From Rozella allomycis CSF55 (taxonomy: Eukaryota), in NCBI GenBank assembly GCA_000442015.1, contig KE560903.1, positions 62,001-113,185 of the forward strand: a DNA stretch of 51,185 nt. The letters are read 5' to 3'. The translations under genes were made by a program, and so were the position numbers. Below, piece after piece: positions 49,428-51,185 of the stretch. Position 1 is the first letter of the stretch; each line of letters opens with the position of its first letter. Under the pieces are notes generated by a model. It saw only the letters and a program-made list of their open reading frames with translations, did not search any database and was not told the DNA's origin.

Positions 49428-49791
49428 GGCTTGGTTGCTGTTTCCCGCCAAAATTATGGATTGGAAATCATGTTGTTTTAACAGTGTAAACTTCAAAACT
49501 TGTATTTATAATTCAAAATTGGCCTTCATTAATTACCAAATAATCAAACCTCCAATTTATTGTATTGTCTTTCAGAAATTATTTTATGATTTTGAAGAGG
49601 GCTATATGTCCTGATGCGTCATTGTCATTTTGATATTTAATGGAAAGAAATTAGTATCCTATTAGTACTCAGTACTCACAATGAATTTCAGCCACCATAT
49701 TTTAGGTTTAAGGTTTCAAGGGTAGGGATAAAAAGGGAATTCCATGCCAGGGNGGATAAAATGGGAATTCCATGCCAGGGTCCACAGTGAA

Positions 49792-51114
49792 ATGGATCTT
49801 TCCAAAGCGTATAGGGCCTATGAAGCAATGAATGGCATATTTCCCGACAAGGACAACTGTTCTACCCTAAGAAAAACAAAACTCATTACAAGTGACCAGG
49901 TTTGTGATGGCCTTAGGGAAATCAAGGATAGTAGCATCAAGTTTTTGAGAGGCCAAGTGGAAATTCCAAAGCTTATAGTGTGTGGAGTTGAGTTTACTAA
50001 TGGAGTAATGATGGGTTCTCCTGAAGGTGATGACTTTCTTCTGGAAAATGGATCTCCGGCTCCCTTTGGCAAGGGAAAGGAAACGGTGTACGATGAATCT
50101 GTTCGTTTGGCAAAGGAAATAGCAGCAAAGGATATCGAAATTGACATGAAGCTAGAAACAAAAATAGACAATGACCGCTTTCTTCCATTTGACGAATGGG
50201 AAATTGAAACAATAAAGGAAGAAAAGTGTTATATGGATACACTAGAATGTGACCCAGCATTACTCTTTTCGAGCTTAGCACTAGATTTGAAGGCCTTTGC
50301 TCCTCCATTTAAGAAACTAGTCCCCAAGCTATACAAGTTGCACATTTACGGACAAGGTGGTTTCTTTGAAGAACACGTAGACACCCTTCATGCGCCCAAT
50401 CATTATGGAACTCTTATTGTCGGTATCTCAGAAGAATATGCTGGCGGGGATTTGGAGTTGTTCGTCGATGGGGAATGGAAAGGAATTAGTTTGTCGTATG
50501 TAGGTTAACAGCATGATTATATCATGTTTCATACTGATGTTAAACATAGAGTGAAGCCTGTGACTTCTGGTGTTCGCGCTGTGCTCCAATTTGATTTGTA
50601 TGCTGAAGACGATCCAAATTATACCAGTATAATCAAAAAACAAAAAATTGAAAGACACCCTTTGTTAACTACACTCGAAGATTGTATTGATTTCCAAAAA
50701 AAGTCTGTCTCATTTTTATGTCGTCATGAATATCCGATGTTTGTTGATCCCAGTCTTCTGAAGACTGTAGATTATGAACTTTACAAAATATTATCCGAGG
50801 AATATGATTTGAGAATTGGCATAGCCTTCAATGTAGTAAAACAAGAAGGAGAATCAGAAATAGAACTTTCTAAATCGACTCTTTTTAGAGTAACTACTGC
50901 TGAAAATATTGATGCCATGTTGAAATTTATTGAAACTGGGGAGAAAAAAGACCAATCTAATAAGGAAGTATTATTGTTTTCAGGTTGGGGTACTTCATTC
51001 ACCTTTTTGAGTGACACGCCCTATATTGAATATACTGGAAACGAAAGCCAGGCCGGTACACTTACTTATACGACGACGGTAATATCCATTCTTAAGAAGA
51101 AGGCATCGCAATAA
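49792..51114 (+). pseudogene. 2OG-Fe(II) oxygenase family gene interrupted by an in-frame TAA at 50506-50508
   Basis: PAPFGKG.ETV.D.SVR, LYKLHIY..GGFF..HVDT, GG.L, then after the stop, in the same frame, FHTDVKHRVKPVTSGVRAVLQFDL. Confidence 0.7.
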
Positions 51115-51185
51115 TAAACTATTATTATTTATTGCAGTTACAACATTCAATTTTCTGACTAAATATTTTGGATCTAATCTTGATT

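Larger units (their letters stand above)
7669..49753. other. Seven single-N assembly joins, each flanked by a short duplicated segment
   Basis: N at 7669, 13605, 17679, 27440, 29446, 29878, 49753; flanking copies differ by 0-2 substitutions. Confidence 0.9.

Noticed and set aside
49700-49728. Telomere-like TTTAGG/TAGGG words
   Set aside because: Only a few degenerate units; compatible with chance.

Overview
AT-rich, very gene-dense eukaryotic nuclear DNA. It holds about 29 protein-coding genes, most broken by tiny (about 25-32 nt) spliceosomal introns, with intergenic gaps as short as 6-60 bp. Gene content and intron size suggest an early-diverging fungus or fungal relative (Rozella/Cryptomycota-like; inference only). 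Housekeeping genes: RPA1, NOPCHAP1-like, PPR protein, CFIm25, QCR2, RFC small subunit, MFSD1-like, SNF8, MCD4/PIGN, MMTAG2-like, ANK-bromo-BAH protein, CTLH/UBA protein, NAB2-like, FolD-like, METTL15, USP12/46, CELF-like, ARM protein and SMC2. Two small genes missing from the ORF track are RPL41 and SEC61-beta. Accessory genes: an ankyrin array, an AA11-like LPMO, a ~1,900-aa membrane/lectin protein, a bacterial-like SDR, a general-stress FMN protein and a 2OG-Fe(II) oxygenase with an in-frame stop. Seven single-N joins flanked by short duplications look like assembly artefacts of a heterozygous genome. Most notable observations: (1) two modal-length introns that appear to end in TG and GG rather than AG; (2) an unidentified ~270-nt multi-branch structured RNA candidate upstream of RPA1; (3) kb-scale bidirectional G/C-skew domains that ignore gene boundaries.
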